A stretch of DNA of 64,000 nt from a virus. The stretch covers positions 20,493-84,492 of IMG/VR virus record IMGVR_UViG_3300042516_003452; one strand, given 5' to 3'. Every line of letters begins with the position of its first letter. Position 1 is the stretch's first letter. The notes under the pieces were generated by a model. The model made no database searches, had not been told where the DNA came from, and saw only the letters and a program-made list of their open reading frames with translations. A program made the translations under genes and the position numbers. Positions 8,464 to 17,989 of the stretch are shown here, one piece after another.

Positions 8464-9627
8464 TCAGACGGTGCCGTCGTCCTGAACGAAGCTGAAGGCG
8501 GTGGTCACGAAGTCCTTGTTCAGGATTTCGAAGCCAGCGTACAGTTGCCAGATCAGGATGATGAAACGGCTGAAGTCATCGTTGTTGTTAATGAGCACCT
8601 GAGCGTTAGGACCGCCGATACCCACGCCAACGGACTGAGGACCGAAGAAATAACCCTGAGCCACTTCCTTAGAAGCGTAGGTGGAACCGCCATCGAAGGA
8701 GGCAGTCACGTTCTTGATCGGGAAGTTGGTCGATTCGAAGAACTTCACACCTTCAAACTGGACGCCAGTAGGCATCACGGGCTCACCAGCCAGGAAGTAG
8801 CCCTGACCAGCTTGGGGACCCATGTAGAAGCTGGCGTTGTTAGGCATCATGGGGTTGCCCATGTACATGCCTTGGCCAGGGTTGCCGCTGTAGCGAGCAA
8901 TCTCACGGAAGTCAGGATCACGACGCAGGTGCATCATGAAAGTAGGATCGCAGATGCAGCGATATAGACCATCAGCGAAGGTCGGCACGTTGCGCTTACG
9001 CAGATCCTTAACAACGGTCAGCAGGTCGGTACGAACCTGGAACTGCTGAACTTCGTTGCCGTACTCAGTGGTGGTATAGGACACACGACCAGAGGAATCC
9101 TTGGTCTTGCCACCAGCGAAGTAGTAACCGCCTTGGGTGGTACCAGCAGCACCGTTAGCTTCTGCTTTGGCAAGTTCGTCAATGAAGACGCGGTCACGCC
9201 AACGGCGATAGTCGTCGAGCAGGGTCAGGCTGCCGATCGACTGGTGGAACATGTTCAGGTTACCGGTGTCCAGCAGCAGGCGCTGGGCGGTAATCAGAGT
9301 TTCACGAGCGATCTTGAAGGTCGAAGGCTGGGTGGGGTCGCCCGGATCCGCAGGACCGGTGTACTCCTTAAGCACCACCAAGACCTTCTCCTTGGTGATG
9401 TTACGGCTGTTGGCCGTACCGATGGTCTGGTCGGACACGCGCTCACGGCTGTCCTTAGTACCAGGGGTACCCCAGAACTTATAGCGGTCTAACTGAACGG
9501 TTTGACCAGGCTGACGGGTGAAGTCGTGGACCACCACAGGCTCCACTGCCATTTCGGCAATGTAAGCAGGGTGAGGACGGTAAAGTTCCGCACCCAGAAT
9601 CTTTGGAAAGTCGTTATCAATGAACAC
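8464..9627 (-). CDS. Major capsid protein
   Basis: 387 aa, HDFTRQPGQTVQLDRY N-terminal motif, GGAGG SD, strong codon bias, in portal-scaffold-capsid order. Confidence 0.85.
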   Translation of the reverse strand: MFIDNDFPKILGAELYRPHPAYIAEMAVEPVVVHDFTRQPGQTVQLDRYKFWGTPGTKDSRERVSDQTIGTANSRNITKEKVLVVLKEYTGPADPGDPTQPSTFKIARETLITAQRLLLDTGNLNMFHQSIGSLTLLDDYRRWRDRVFIDELAKAEANGAAGTTQGGYYFAGGKTKDSSGRVSYTTTEYGNEVQQFQVRTDLLTVVKDLRKRNVPTFADGLYRCICDPTFMMHLRRDPDFREIARYSGNPGQGMYMGNPMMPNNASFYMGPQAGQGYFLAGEPVMPTGVQFEGVKFFESTNFPIKNVTASFDGGSTYASKEVAQGYFFGPQSVGVGIGGPNAQVLINNNDDFSRFIILIWQLYAGFEILNKDFVTTAFSFVQDDGTV

Positions 9628-9732
9628 TTTGTTTTATCCTCCAGTGTCGCAGGAAGTGTTTTTATCGGGTGAAAGATTCAGACATTGATATGTCTTATCT
9701 AACACAAATTTTAGCAGTCGGTAATTTATTTA

Positions 9733-10314
9733 TTACACGTACTGCAAGGTGGGAGCTTTATAGCGAGCACCCATGGAATTGCTGGAGCCGTAAGACTCAG
9801 GATCAAGTGCAGGTTCTTGAGCAAAACCAGGAACACCAAGTGCGCCAGGAATCTGAGCAGCTGCAGCACCACCGATGCCAGCGGCTAAGGCAGAAGCTGG
9901 TACTAAGCCAGCAGCAATGCCTTTACCAACATTACGTTGGACGCCTTGGGTTGGGAAAGGAATCGCCGCAGAAATACCAGCATTTGGATCACCAAAGAGG
10001 CGAGTATCAACTGCAGAAGTAACATCGGCCGCAACATTAGCAGCTGCGCGACGTAAACCTTTTTCAGGTAGATCGCGGGCAACGTCACCGATCTTGTTGC
10101 CAAGACCAGTCACACCTTTTTGTGCTGCTGCAATCAACGCAGGATTGTACTTACCAGCAAGTGCGCGAGCACCAAGAAGACCTGCTGCACCACCGAGGGC
10201 GGCACCGCCACCCATCAGTGCAGCTTCTCCTGGCGTAGCTCCTTGTTGAGCGCCGTAAGCCGCCAGTCCTAAACCAGCGGCAATTGGCACACCATATTTA
10301 AGAGCGCCACGCAT
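9733..10314 (-). CDS. Gly/Ala-rich hypothetical virion or membrane protein
   Basis: 193 aa with glycine-zipper-like hydrophobic segments. Confidence 0.55.
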   Translation of the reverse strand: MRGALKYGVPIAAGLGLAAYGAQQGATPGEAALMGGGAALGGAAGLLGARALAGKYNPALIAAAQKGVTGLGNKIGDVARDLPEKGLRRAAANVAADVTSAVDTRLFGDPNAGISAAIPFPTQGVQRNVGKGIAAGLVPASALAAGIGGAAAAQIPGALGVPGFAQEPALDPESYGSSNSMGARYKAPTLQYV

Positions 10315-10318
10315 GGCC

Positions 10319-11287
10319 TCACTCCATCACAAAGAGTTTGTTAGCAACAACCTGAGGCTGAGCCTGATTCAGAATCCGCCATGCTTGCGAAGGATCGTAA
10401 TCCATCTGTTGCTTGAAGGTACCCCAGAAGTTTTCAGGCTGCTGAGGAGCAGAAGCAGACGGAGGAGCCGGCATGTAGTTGGCGTTCGGATCTACTTGCT
10501 GGGTCGGGTAACCAGGGGTCACCAGTTCCTGCTCGTTTTCGTACACGGGGTACGGACCTTCGGGACCAAAGAACTGCAGCGTGTAATCGCTCAGAACATC
10601 AGGATTGGTCAGGATCTCGTTGTAAGCCTGATTCTCTTGACGCTCGTTCACAGCGAACTCAGCGTACTGTTCAATCAGACCTTTGGCTTCAGTGCCCCAG
10701 GTGACTGCGCTATCCAACATGTTCTCCAGTTGGAGAGCATAGTTATTTAGGATTGCGGGTGCTTCCAGGCCGTACGCGCTTACCACGTACTGGCTTTCCG
10801 GACTCCACCCCAGCATTTCCGACACCTGCTCCAAGGAGAGATTGGAGGAAGTTGGGGAAGAGTTGAGCGAGGATGTCTGGTTGGCTTGCCAGGTCTGCGG
10901 AGCCGATTGTTGCGTAGGCTGGCCGCTGGCCAGGCCGTAATTGGCTGGACTGTACTGAGTCGTTTGAGAGGGTTGACCCTGGAACGGGGATTGAACTGGA
11001 CTGCTCAGCAGGTTCACCACCTTGTTGAACGCCGATTCCCATGGATTGCTCGTCGGGGCTTCCGACTGGGATTGGGGGGCGTACTGAGTAGGGGCGGATT
11101 GGTAACTGGGGGCCGCCTGCGGGACGGCTTGGGGGTAGCTGGTACCCACTTGATACGCCACTGGAGCCGCTTGCGGGACCGGAGCTGCTTGGTAGCTGCT
11201 GGGTGCTGCCACCACGTAGCTGCTGGGAGCCACCGCTGCCGGAGTCGGGCTCGTCTGTGGGATCGATTGGACGGTAGCGTCCTGCAT
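10319..11287 (-). CDS. Putative capsid scaffolding protein
   Basis: 322 aa; AAGGAG SD; Q/P/S/A-rich disordered N-half and acidic helical C-half; between portal and MCP. Confidence 0.65.
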   Translation of the reverse strand: MQDATVQSIPQTSPTPAAVAPSSYVVAAPSSYQAAPVPQAAPVAYQVGTSYPQAVPQAAPSYQSAPTQYAPQSQSEAPTSNPWESAFNKVVNLLSSPVQSPFQGQPSQTTQYSPANYGLASGQPTQQSAPQTWQANQTSSLNSSPTSSNLSLEQVSEMLGWSPESQYVVSAYGLEAPAILNNYALQLENMLDSAVTWGTEAKGLIEQYAEFAVNERQENQAYNEILTNPDVLSDYTLQFFGPEGPYPVYENEQELVTPGYPTQQVDPNANYMPAPPSASAPQQPENFWGTFKQQMDYDPSQAWRILNQAQPQVVANKLFVME

Positions 11288-13034
11288 AACTCATCTCCTT
11301 TTGTAGAGCTTCTAAGGTGCGATACAGATATGGAGTTAAATCCAATCTTGGATCCGCAGCCATCGGTAGATCCGGTGCCTGCGGGTGGGGAGTTTGCATC
11401 ATTCCCCCCACAAGGCGAGCGAACTGAGAGTATGCACCCTGTAATTCGTTCACCATCCTGAACGGGAACCCCGAGAGCATCGAGGCCCGTTCCTCATCCG
11501 TCTTAGACGGGAAGAGGTATTTCAGTGCTTCAATGCTATCAACACCTAACTCTTGCAAATTTCTTACAACAATTGAGTTGTTGAGCACGTCTTGGGTTGA
11601 ATCCTCATAAACAGGACCTAACCAACGCCACTGAACGGTGACATCACCATCAGGAATGAGACCAGTAACCCCAGGTGGAATCATCTGGGTCTCAATTAAC
11701 GCCATCATAAGCTTTTTGAGCTGGTCGTTATAAGCCTGAAGAGCTTCCTGATAACCTTGCTCAGCTTCTGGTGGTGCACCAGGAGGCAGAGGTACTGGCT
11801 TCTCAATACCAGCAGCCGCTGCAAGTGTGGACCGGAAGAGTTGTTCTTCTTGATAAATAATCAGCTCAAGGCACCTACAGATGCCGTGGGTATAAATGGC
11901 ATTTGCTTTTTTCTTAGATGTCGCAGCGACCCGCCCAAATAAGGATTTGTATTCAGTTGCAGTAACACCAGCAGAAATCGACAGCTCATCCACACCGCCA
12001 AGAGCAGTACGAATTTCTTCGCGGTACTGGCGGGCAAAAGCATTTTGGTCACCTGTAATTGCATCAGGGACGATGTAACCAACACGGTCGTTTGGTTCCA
12101 GGTTTGCAATAACGCGTGGAACACGAAGCTGACCATCAACACCACGGCTGACGGGATCAGCCTTAAACATCGACCGACTCATCGGCGATGGACTTGCAAA
12201 ACCGGAGTTCGCTGCAATGGATGGCCGCTGGACCATACCATCGCCACCGGACTCAATTAGGTCAGTCTTGGGCCTGGAGGACAGCAGTGTTGGGTTGCCA
12301 AAGAATGTGATGTTCTTGCGAATGGTTCGCATTAAGTCATCATGGGTGACGATGTGATTCGCCATGGAATCAAACTCACCGACACCCTCAGACGAGAACC
12401 CTTGCGGATTATTGAGAATCTCAACGCAAGGAATGAAGCCCAGGGAATTCTTGAGTTGTTTGGTATTTCCAGTTATGGAATACGTCGGCATGTCGAACGT
12501 CAGTTCGGACTCCGAATGGGTTTCTTCAATTTCGTTCGCTTTAATCGATAGACGGATATAACGCTTAGCGCCAGGGTTATAAGTGGTTTGATTACCGGTC
12601 AGATTGGTAGTATTGATTTGATCACCAAAACCGTTACCTCTCTTGACCTTGTAACTGTAGATGATCACCACTTCATCCAGCTCACCATCAACGTTGTAGT
12701 ACGCACGATACTCGTGTTGACGGAAATAGTAGAGGCGGTAGTTGGATTTAGTTGGCCGGATGTAGAAAAGCCCCTGGCCATCACAAAGGAAATATTCCCA
12801 GATGGAGTCCAAGCGTGTATCCATCTTGTTGTACTTCAGTACACGGTCGACAAAGTCTTTGCGCTGTGCACCAAAGTTATCTTGGGCCGGGAAGAACTCA
12901 ACACCCTGACGAATACCAAAAAGCTTCATCTGGGCGATGTGAGCCGCCACAATGCCAGTATCAACAACGATGTTGCTATCTTTATCGAGATAGGCGTTGA
13001 TGATTTCCTGAAGTCTGGCTTTGGCGTCGGCCAT
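10743..13034 (-). CDS. Portal protein with long C-terminal extension overlapping the scaffold gene
   Basis: 763 aa, between TerL and scaffold; NSLGFIPCVEILNNP and helical core typical of portals. Confidence 0.75.
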   Translation of the reverse strand: MADAKARLQEIINAYLDKDSNIVVDTGIVAAHIAQMKLFGIRQGVEFFPAQDNFGAQRKDFVDRVLKYNKMDTRLDSIWEYFLCDGQGLFYIRPTKSNYRLYYFRQHEYRAYYNVDGELDEVVIIYSYKVKRGNGFGDQINTTNLTGNQTTYNPGAKRYIRLSIKANEIEETHSESELTFDMPTYSITGNTKQLKNSLGFIPCVEILNNPQGFSSEGVGEFDSMANHIVTHDDLMRTIRKNITFFGNPTLLSSRPKTDLIESGGDGMVQRPSIAANSGFASPSPMSRSMFKADPVSRGVDGQLRVPRVIANLEPNDRVGYIVPDAITGDQNAFARQYREEIRTALGGVDELSISAGVTATEYKSLFGRVAATSKKKANAIYTHGICRCLELIIYQEEQLFRSTLAAAAGIEKPVPLPPGAPPEAEQGYQEALQAYNDQLKKLMMALIETQMIPPGVTGLIPDGDVTVQWRWLGPVYEDSTQDVLNNSIVVRNLQELGVDSIEALKYLFPSKTDEERASMLSGFPFRMVNELQGAYSQFARLVGGMMQTPHPQAPDLPMAADPRLDLTPYLYRTLEALQKEMSYAGRYRPIDPTDEPDSGSGGSQQLRGGSTQQLPSSSGPASGSSGVSSGYQLPPSRPAGGPQLPIRPYSVRPPIPVGSPDEQSMGIGVQQGGEPAEQSSSIPVPGSTLSNDSVQSSQLRPGQRPAYATIGSADLASQPDILAQLFPNFLQSLLGAGVGNAGVESGKPVRGKRVRPGSTRNPK

Positions 13035-13069
13035 TAACTATTTCCCCTTTCTTTTAATGGTAGCAGTTT

Positions 13070-13540
13070 TCAAGAAACAATCTTGTTCTGGAAACCTGCA
13101 GGAACTTGACCAAACTGAGGCCCCATAAACATCTGGGCATTATCAACAAACATACCTGCGTTACCCATTGACTGCATGCCTCCCATAGCCATGGGAAGCT
13201 GTGGACCTGTACGACGAAGGAAGATTTCCTTCTCATTTGGATTATCAGTTCCCATCCCTTTGTTATAAATTTTCTGCTGACGGTTTTGCTGTTTATGGGC
13301 TTCACGATTAATCTGTAATCCTTCGCCACCCATGAAATTGCCACCAGCAACACCAGAGCGAGGATCGTGAAGAATAAAACGATCGCGATCTTGGTCTTGA
13401 CGGAATGGGCTGTAATCAGGATTTTGAAAATACCCAGGGCCAGGTTGAACGTTTAACTGTGCAGGATTAAAACGCACGGCCGCAGCAGGAATTTGACCTG
13501 GCGCACCTGGTACGTTTTGTTCTCCGTAATAACGAATCAT
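13070..13540 (-). CDS. Hypothetical protein
   Basis: 156 aa, Q/G/P/M-rich, upstream TAAAAT. Confidence 0.6.
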   Translation of the reverse strand: MIRYYGEQNVPGAPGQIPAAAVRFNPAQLNVQPGPGYFQNPDYSPFRQDQDRDRFILHDPRSGVAGGNFMGGEGLQINREAHKQQNRQQKIYNKGMGTDNPNEKEIFLRRTGPQLPMAMGGMQSMGNAGMFVDNAQMFMGPQFGQVPAGFQNKIVS

Positions 13541-13581
13541 CTTTGGCTCACTGCAATCTTTCTATTTTACTGCGGTATCCT

Positions 13582-13800
13582 TTAACGCTTTTGTTTTGGT
13601 GCGGTCGAGAATTTACCTGGTGGCCTACGAGTCGCCATATAGTCAGATGGCTTTAATGGAGAAGGAACACGAGAGGAAGTGACTCGTCCCATCGTCTCAA
13701 ATGGTTTCGTCGATATTTCCTGTTCTTGATCAGCAGGCATCATGATCATGATAGGAGCCGAATCAAATCCAGTACCAAAATAACGCCCTGCTAATTCCAT
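13582..13800 (-). CDS. Hypothetical protein
   Basis: 72 aa ORF on the late strand, upstream TAAAAT. Confidence 0.55.
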   Translation of the reverse strand: MELAGRYFGTGFDSAPIMIMMPADQEQEISTKPFETMGRVTSSRVPSPLKPSDYMATRRPPGKFSTAPKQKR

Positions 13801-13824
13801 GCCTACTTCCTTGATCTTCTTATT

Positions 13825-14007
13825 TTAATCTTCTATAACTTCGTAGCCAGAGGGATCGTTTACCTTAGAGAGGACAATGCCTTCACCACGTACGTCCCAG
13901 TTAAGGAGATCGCCTTCTAACCAGCCAAGGTCTTCGATTACTTCGTCTGGCAGGACGATAAACTGATCTCCGTTCTCGTCTTCTTGTACTTCAACGACGT
14001 AGGTCAT
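13825..14007 (-). CDS. AbrB/MazE-like DNA-binding protein
   Basis: GDQFIVLPDEVIEDLGWLEGDLLNW swapped-hairpin motif. Confidence 0.7.
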   Translation of the reverse strand: MTYVVEVQEDENGDQFIVLPDEVIEDLGWLEGDLLNWDVRGEGIVLSKVNDPSGYEVIED

Positions 14008-14297
14008 TTGGACAAAATCTTTTCCATTAGCTTATCAAGCTTATTATTTATTTCGCGAAAATTATTGTGCATTTCTTGGATCTCTCTTAGGAAGTCAACC
14101 TTAAGAACGTATTCCATCGGCATGCGATTAATTTGGTCTTCCAAAAGATCAATCCTGCGTTTTTGAGATCCGATGTAATCAAAGGCCTGCTGGACACGTT
14201 CCTGCTGCCTATCAAGTATTTTATTCGCTGCCCAGGAACCGCCTGTAACAGCAGATACAATGGCGGTTAAACCAATGGCTATGTATTCCGGACCCAC
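14004..14297 (-). CDS. Protein with N-terminal TM helix and coiled coil (holin-like or membrane-anchored)
   Basis: YIAIGLTAIVSAVTGG followed by heptad repeats. Confidence 0.55.
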   Translation of the reverse strand: MGPEYIAIGLTAIVSAVTGGSWAANKILDRQQERVQQAFDYIGSQKRRIDLLEDQINRMPMEYVLKVDFLREIQEMHNNFREINNKLDKLMEKILSK

Positions 14298-14329
14298 GAA
14301 TCTGAATTACTTTTCTTTTAATTCTAAAA

Positions 14330-15856
14330 TCAGTAATCAATTTGGAGCTGACCTTTTCTTGCCAGGCCGGTCACCAACCAAACCAAAGCATCAACGCAGT
14401 CGTCATGACTGCTGACACCAAAGTTAGTCAGTTCTTCAAACATAGCCGTGAAGTTGCGGAACCGATTAAAAATGATCTTGCGGTCCTCGAACATTCCCAT
14501 GATTCCACGGAAACGTGCCAATTTATCGGAACGGAAACCTTTGACCGGATGCCAGATCAAGTTGTAAAGACTCTCGTTGTTTAAACAGACACGCTTAAAG
14601 TCAGCTTCTAAGGATGCCTGGTACTGGACTGCCTCACTCCAGATGTCACATGTTGAGTAAGTCGGGAAGTAATTGCCATTGTCGTCCTTACCAAGGATTG
14701 ACCAGTCGTTGAGAAGTTCCTTAAGGGCATCCAATTTTTCCAGGTTGCCCATGACACGCAAGCGGCGGTAATCAATGATGTGTACTTGGTCTCCGATCCT
14801 CCCTCCCAGTACCATCACCGTGTAGTCATTCTTTTCTTTCGTACCCGCCGACAGGTCCACACCCACACCAAGCGCGTCAAATTCCGTAGCGATTTCCGCC
14901 TTAACAATCAGCTCTGGTGCCAGGGACAGCTCATTCTGTCTGACAATCTGATTCATGTACTGGAACGAGAAGGCAATCGGTGCCTGCCTTTTCTTTTCCC
15001 GCAGGTAGTCAAGAGACCACATCTCCGGCCAGTAAGACTTTTCTTCCCCAGTCTTGGGATCGTTCAAGATGGCGGAAAGAACAATCTGCATCCAGTTGTT
15101 CTGCGGATTGAAAGTCGTGGAATGAATGTCGTCATGCCGGAAGCGAGTTCCCAGGCAAATGGCACGACCGCCTTCAAACATGGTTGGTGCGATCACCGCG
15201 TTCCAGTTGTCCTGCATCTGCTTACGGATATCAGGGTTGGAGATGTCCGCTGCAGACTTGATGGCGTCATCGATGATCACCAGGTGTGAACGCTTGGAGG
15301 TCACCGAACCTTTTAGACCAGCAGCGCAGAGTGTGAATTGTTCTTCACCAGTGGTGTCAATGCCTGCAAATTTGTGATCAATGGACCAGTACTCATTACT
15401 AGTAACGTTTTTGAGAAGGCGTACGGTAGGGAAGACTTCTTGATACCGCTTGCTTTCAATGATTCGTTTAATGGTTGCAGACTTGGAGCGTGCAATATCA
15501 ACCGTGTACGACAAGTAAAGAATTTGAAGTGGCTTCTTGGCCATGGTGTGTACACCAATAGCCCATGCAGTAAATAGACCAAGGATCGTGCTTTTAGCAG
15601 AACCCCGTGGTGCAAGAAGGTCAATGTTTGGACCAGCAATCTTCAATAGGCAGCTGCTGTCCTCTTGGGTAACAAAGTGCCGGTGCCACTCTTTGTGGTG
15701 TTCAGCCGGAGGTTTGTCAGCTACGTAGTCGCAAAAGAAACCAAAGTCATCCCTGGCTTGTTGAAGAGTTTCCAGGTTCTTTGGTGGACGGATCTGTTGC
15801 CTACGTGCAGCAGCTCGTGCGTTACGTCGGTATGCGAGATGCTGGTATGCAGGCAC
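14330..15856 (-). CDS. terL: Terminase large subunit
   Basis: Walker A APRGSAKST, Walker B LVIIDD, coupling motif LGTR, nuclease GVDLS and HDDCVDAL. Confidence 0.92.
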   Translation of the reverse strand: MPAYQHLAYRRNARAAARRQQIRPPKNLETLQQARDDFGFFCDYVADKPPAEHHKEWHRHFVTQEDSSCLLKIAGPNIDLLAPRGSAKSTILGLFTAWAIGVHTMAKKPLQILYLSYTVDIARSKSATIKRIIESKRYQEVFPTVRLLKNVTSNEYWSIDHKFAGIDTTGEEQFTLCAAGLKGSVTSKRSHLVIIDDAIKSAADISNPDIRKQMQDNWNAVIAPTMFEGGRAICLGTRFRHDDIHSTTFNPQNNWMQIVLSAILNDPKTGEEKSYWPEMWSLDYLREKKRQAPIAFSFQYMNQIVRQNELSLAPELIVKAEIATEFDALGVGVDLSAGTKEKNDYTVMVLGGRIGDQVHIIDYRRLRVMGNLEKLDALKELLNDWSILGKDDNGNYFPTYSTCDIWSEAVQYQASLEADFKRVCLNNESLYNLIWHPVKGFRSDKLARFRGIMGMFEDRKIIFNRFRNFTAMFEELTNFGVSSHDDCVDALVWLVTGLARKGQLQIDY

Positions 15857-15889
15857 AATAATTGGTATTCACTATCAATGAATACTAAC

Positions 15890-16042
15890 CTACTTCTTTT
15901 TCTTTTGTTCTTGATATTTACGCGCTTTGTCGAGAGCCGCTTTGCGCTTGTCTTTGTCCGACATTTCGCTCCCGTCCTTGTTCTTCTCGCCCTTTTCCTT
16001 GAAGTGGGCGAGGAGTTGAGGTGGCATCTTGCTTTTGGACAT
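15890..16042 (-). CDS. Small basic protein (50 aa) overlapping the 3' end of the upstream gene
   Basis: Hand translation: MSKSKMPPQLLAHFKEKGEKNKDGSEMSDKDKRKAALDKARKYQEQKKKK. Confidence 0.6.
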   Translation of the reverse strand: MSKSKMPPQLLAHFKEKGEKNKDGSEMSDKDKRKAALDKARKYQEQKKKK

Positions 16043-16226
16043 CAGACCGGTTATTGCGAAGGGCGTTTAGAACTTCTGCTCCTTGCTGCGACTCTCCACC
16101 AATTGGTGCGCCTTGAAGTTGACGAGAACCAGAAAGACGATTCTTTTGCAGCTGCTGAACAATATTGATCATGCCGCCGGCAAGTCGTGCATCTGGCGCT
16201 GATTGTGCTTGGGGTGAAGGGTTCAT
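15918..16226 (-). CDS. Hypothetical protein
   Basis: 102 aa ORF. Confidence 0.55.
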   Translation of the reverse strand: MNPSPQAQSAPDARLAGGMINIVQQLQKNRLSGSRQLQGAPIGGESQQGAEVLNALRNNRSDVQKQDATSTPRPLQGKGREEQGRERNVGQRQAQSGSRQSA

Positions 16227-16244
16227 TACCTAATTTAATTCAGC

Positions 16245-16781
16245 TTAACTTTCTTCAAATTGCATTTTAGCCCACACACTCATTGATGCCTCTTCCAGTG
16301 GAAGCTCAATTGGGTCATCCTTAAAAATGGCCATCAATTCACGAATGGCACGGTCTGCACCAGCCATCAGCAAACCTTTACGATCACGGCTACCAGTGGC
16401 CGCCTCAACCTGTGCAATCGTCCCACGAAGTTCTTTTTGCATGCCGGCAATGCGTGCTACGCCAGCATCCCGTTTAACAACACCGTTATCAACGTCATCC
16501 CTTAACTTACGAATATCCTCTTGCATCTCCTCAATTTCATAGAGGAGTTTCTTGCGGTGATCAGGCTTTGGATAGTGGGACTTAACCCACTGCTCACATG
16601 GAATGATGCTACCTCTGTAACCAAGGAACCTGGCGTAAAGGTAACATTCAATTACTGAGAAATTATCAGCAGCAAATTGCGTGAACGATTCCTGCTCAGC
16701 GGATGTTAAGTTATCGACCCATTGGTCAAATAACTCAATATCGATAAGCTCGTTGGGCCTGGTTGTAGTCGCGGGCTTCAT
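16245..16781 (-). CDS. Helical coiled-coil protein, candidate terminase small subunit
   Basis: About 178 aa, close upstream of TerL; start inferred at MKPATT. Confidence 0.45.
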   Translation of the reverse strand: MKPATTTRPNELIDIELFDQWVDNLTSAEQESFTQFAADNFSVIECYLYARFLGYRGSIIPCEQWVKSHYPKPDHRKKLLYEIEEMQEDIRKLRDDVDNGVVKRDAGVARIAGMQKELRGTIAQVEAATGSRDRKGLLMAGADRAIRELMAIFKDDPIELPLEEASMSVWAKMQFEES

Positions 16782-16992
16782 CACCCTGCTTGAACTGCTG
16801 CGCTTGTTCAGCAGAGGTTCTTTGTTCTGTGGCACCTTTACCAATCGTCTCACGTTCTTGTGTGCCGGCTTCTTCCATTTTTTTCTTGGAGAAACCGTAA
16901 GCAACCTCAGCTGCCTGTTTGTACTTATCTAGGTCAAACCAGTCATCAACATCTGTTTGACCAGCTGGTACGCTAGGGAGACTTGAAGTCAT
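16735..16992 (-). CDS. Hypothetical protein
   Basis: 85 aa, DDWFDLDKYKQAAEVAY. Confidence 0.65.
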   Translation of the reverse strand: MTSSLPSVPAGQTDVDDWFDLDKYKQAAEVAYGFSKKKMEEAGTQERETIGKGATEQRTSAEQAQQFKQGDEARDYNQAQRAYRY

Positions 16993-17009
16993 TGTTAAGT
17001 ATACCTAAA

Positions 17010-17174
17010 TCAGAAGTTGCTCATCACGTTGGCGATACCAGCGGCAAACTGATCGCGGCGACCTTCCAATGACTCTTGACGCTTTTGGCGACCTTTGGAA
17101 GCCTCAAGCTTATCAAGCAGTTGCTGGAACTTGCTGATATCAAAATAATCGGTAGGAGAACTAGAGGTGGTCAT
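17010..17174 (-). CDS. Small protein (54 aa), paralog of 60933-61085
   Basis: Hand translation: MTTSSSPTDYFDISKFQQLLDKLEASKGRQKRQESLEGRRDQFAAGIANVMSNF. Confidence 0.7.
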   Translation of the reverse strand: MTTSSSPTDYFDISKFQQLLDKLEASKGRQKRQESLEGRRDQFAAGIANVMSNF

Positions 17175-17209
17175 TGTTTTCCGTTACTAATGTCCTTATT
17201 CTAAGAGTA

Positions 17210-17986
17210 TTAACCGAAGGCAGCGTTAATCAAATTGTACATGTTGCCAGCGAGTTGCATGCCGCCGATCTGCTTGTCGGCTTCACCACGGACGCGGATG
17301 CCTTCAACGTTGTACTTACCAGTGGTCTCGGCTACATCGCGCTGAGCTTGTGCTTCGATACCAGCCACCCTCTCAAGACCTGCGTTAATGATGGGCTGCA
17401 GATCAAGCTTGCCTTTGACTTCGATGTTGGCTACTGCTTGGCGCCACTCGGATTCTTTATCTGCACCGTACTTGACTCCTTCCAGAGAACGCGCAGAACT
17501 AATATCAGTTCCTTTCAGCTCGTTGTCGGAGATGTACTTATCTGCTTCGCTACGAAGGCGAGCAGCTTCTGTAGTGGCACCAGCGCCGATAGTGGCTACT
17601 TGAACATCGTAGCCACCAACGATATTGGCCAGGCTTTCTTGAGCGGCTTGAATCCGCTCAAAATAACCACCGCCGCCTAAATCTTCTGCTGCATCCCCTC
17701 CACTCTTGTCAATGTTTTTATCTTTATTTTTATCTTTATCTTTATCTTTATCTTTGCCTTTGACTTTGCCTCCACTATCTCCTTTAACTTTATTTATGAC
17801 ACCAATTTTATCTTTAAAGTAATCCTTGGCATTTGGACCAAATTTTACATCGTCTTCTTTTTTGACATATTTGACAACAGCTTTTACTGGTTTATCCGGA
17901 AATCTGGACTCAAACTTTTTAACTTCTTTGGCACTAACTTTTGAGCCAAAACTTTTTAACAGTTGAGTGGGTTTTTTTTTGGCCAT
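17210..17986 (-). CDS. Lys-rich putative internal virion protein
   Basis: 258 aa; KDKDKD tract encoded by a TTTATC-type hexamer repeat. Confidence 0.6.
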   Translation of the reverse strand: MAKKKPTQLLKSFGSKVSAKEVKKFESRFPDKPVKAVVKYVKKEDDVKFGPNAKDYFKDKIGVINKVKGDSGGKVKGKDKDKDKDKNKDKNIDKSGGDAAEDLGGGGYFERIQAAQESLANIVGGYDVQVATIGAGATTEAARLRSEADKYISDNELKGTDISSARSLEGVKYGADKESEWRQAVANIEVKGKLDLQPIINAGLERVAGIEAQAQRDVAETTGKYNVEGIRVRGEADKQIGGMQLAGNMYNLINAAFG

Positions 17987-17989
17987 GAT

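Noticed and set aside
7698-9492. Long plus-strand ORFs antisense to the capsid genes
   Set aside because: Typical shadow ORFs caused by strong codon bias; no RBS or motifs.
9689-9702. 14-nt match TTAGATAAGACATA between the MCP leader (minus strand) and 30878-30891
   Set aside because: A single 14-mer match can arise by chance in 64 kb, and the surrounding structures differ.
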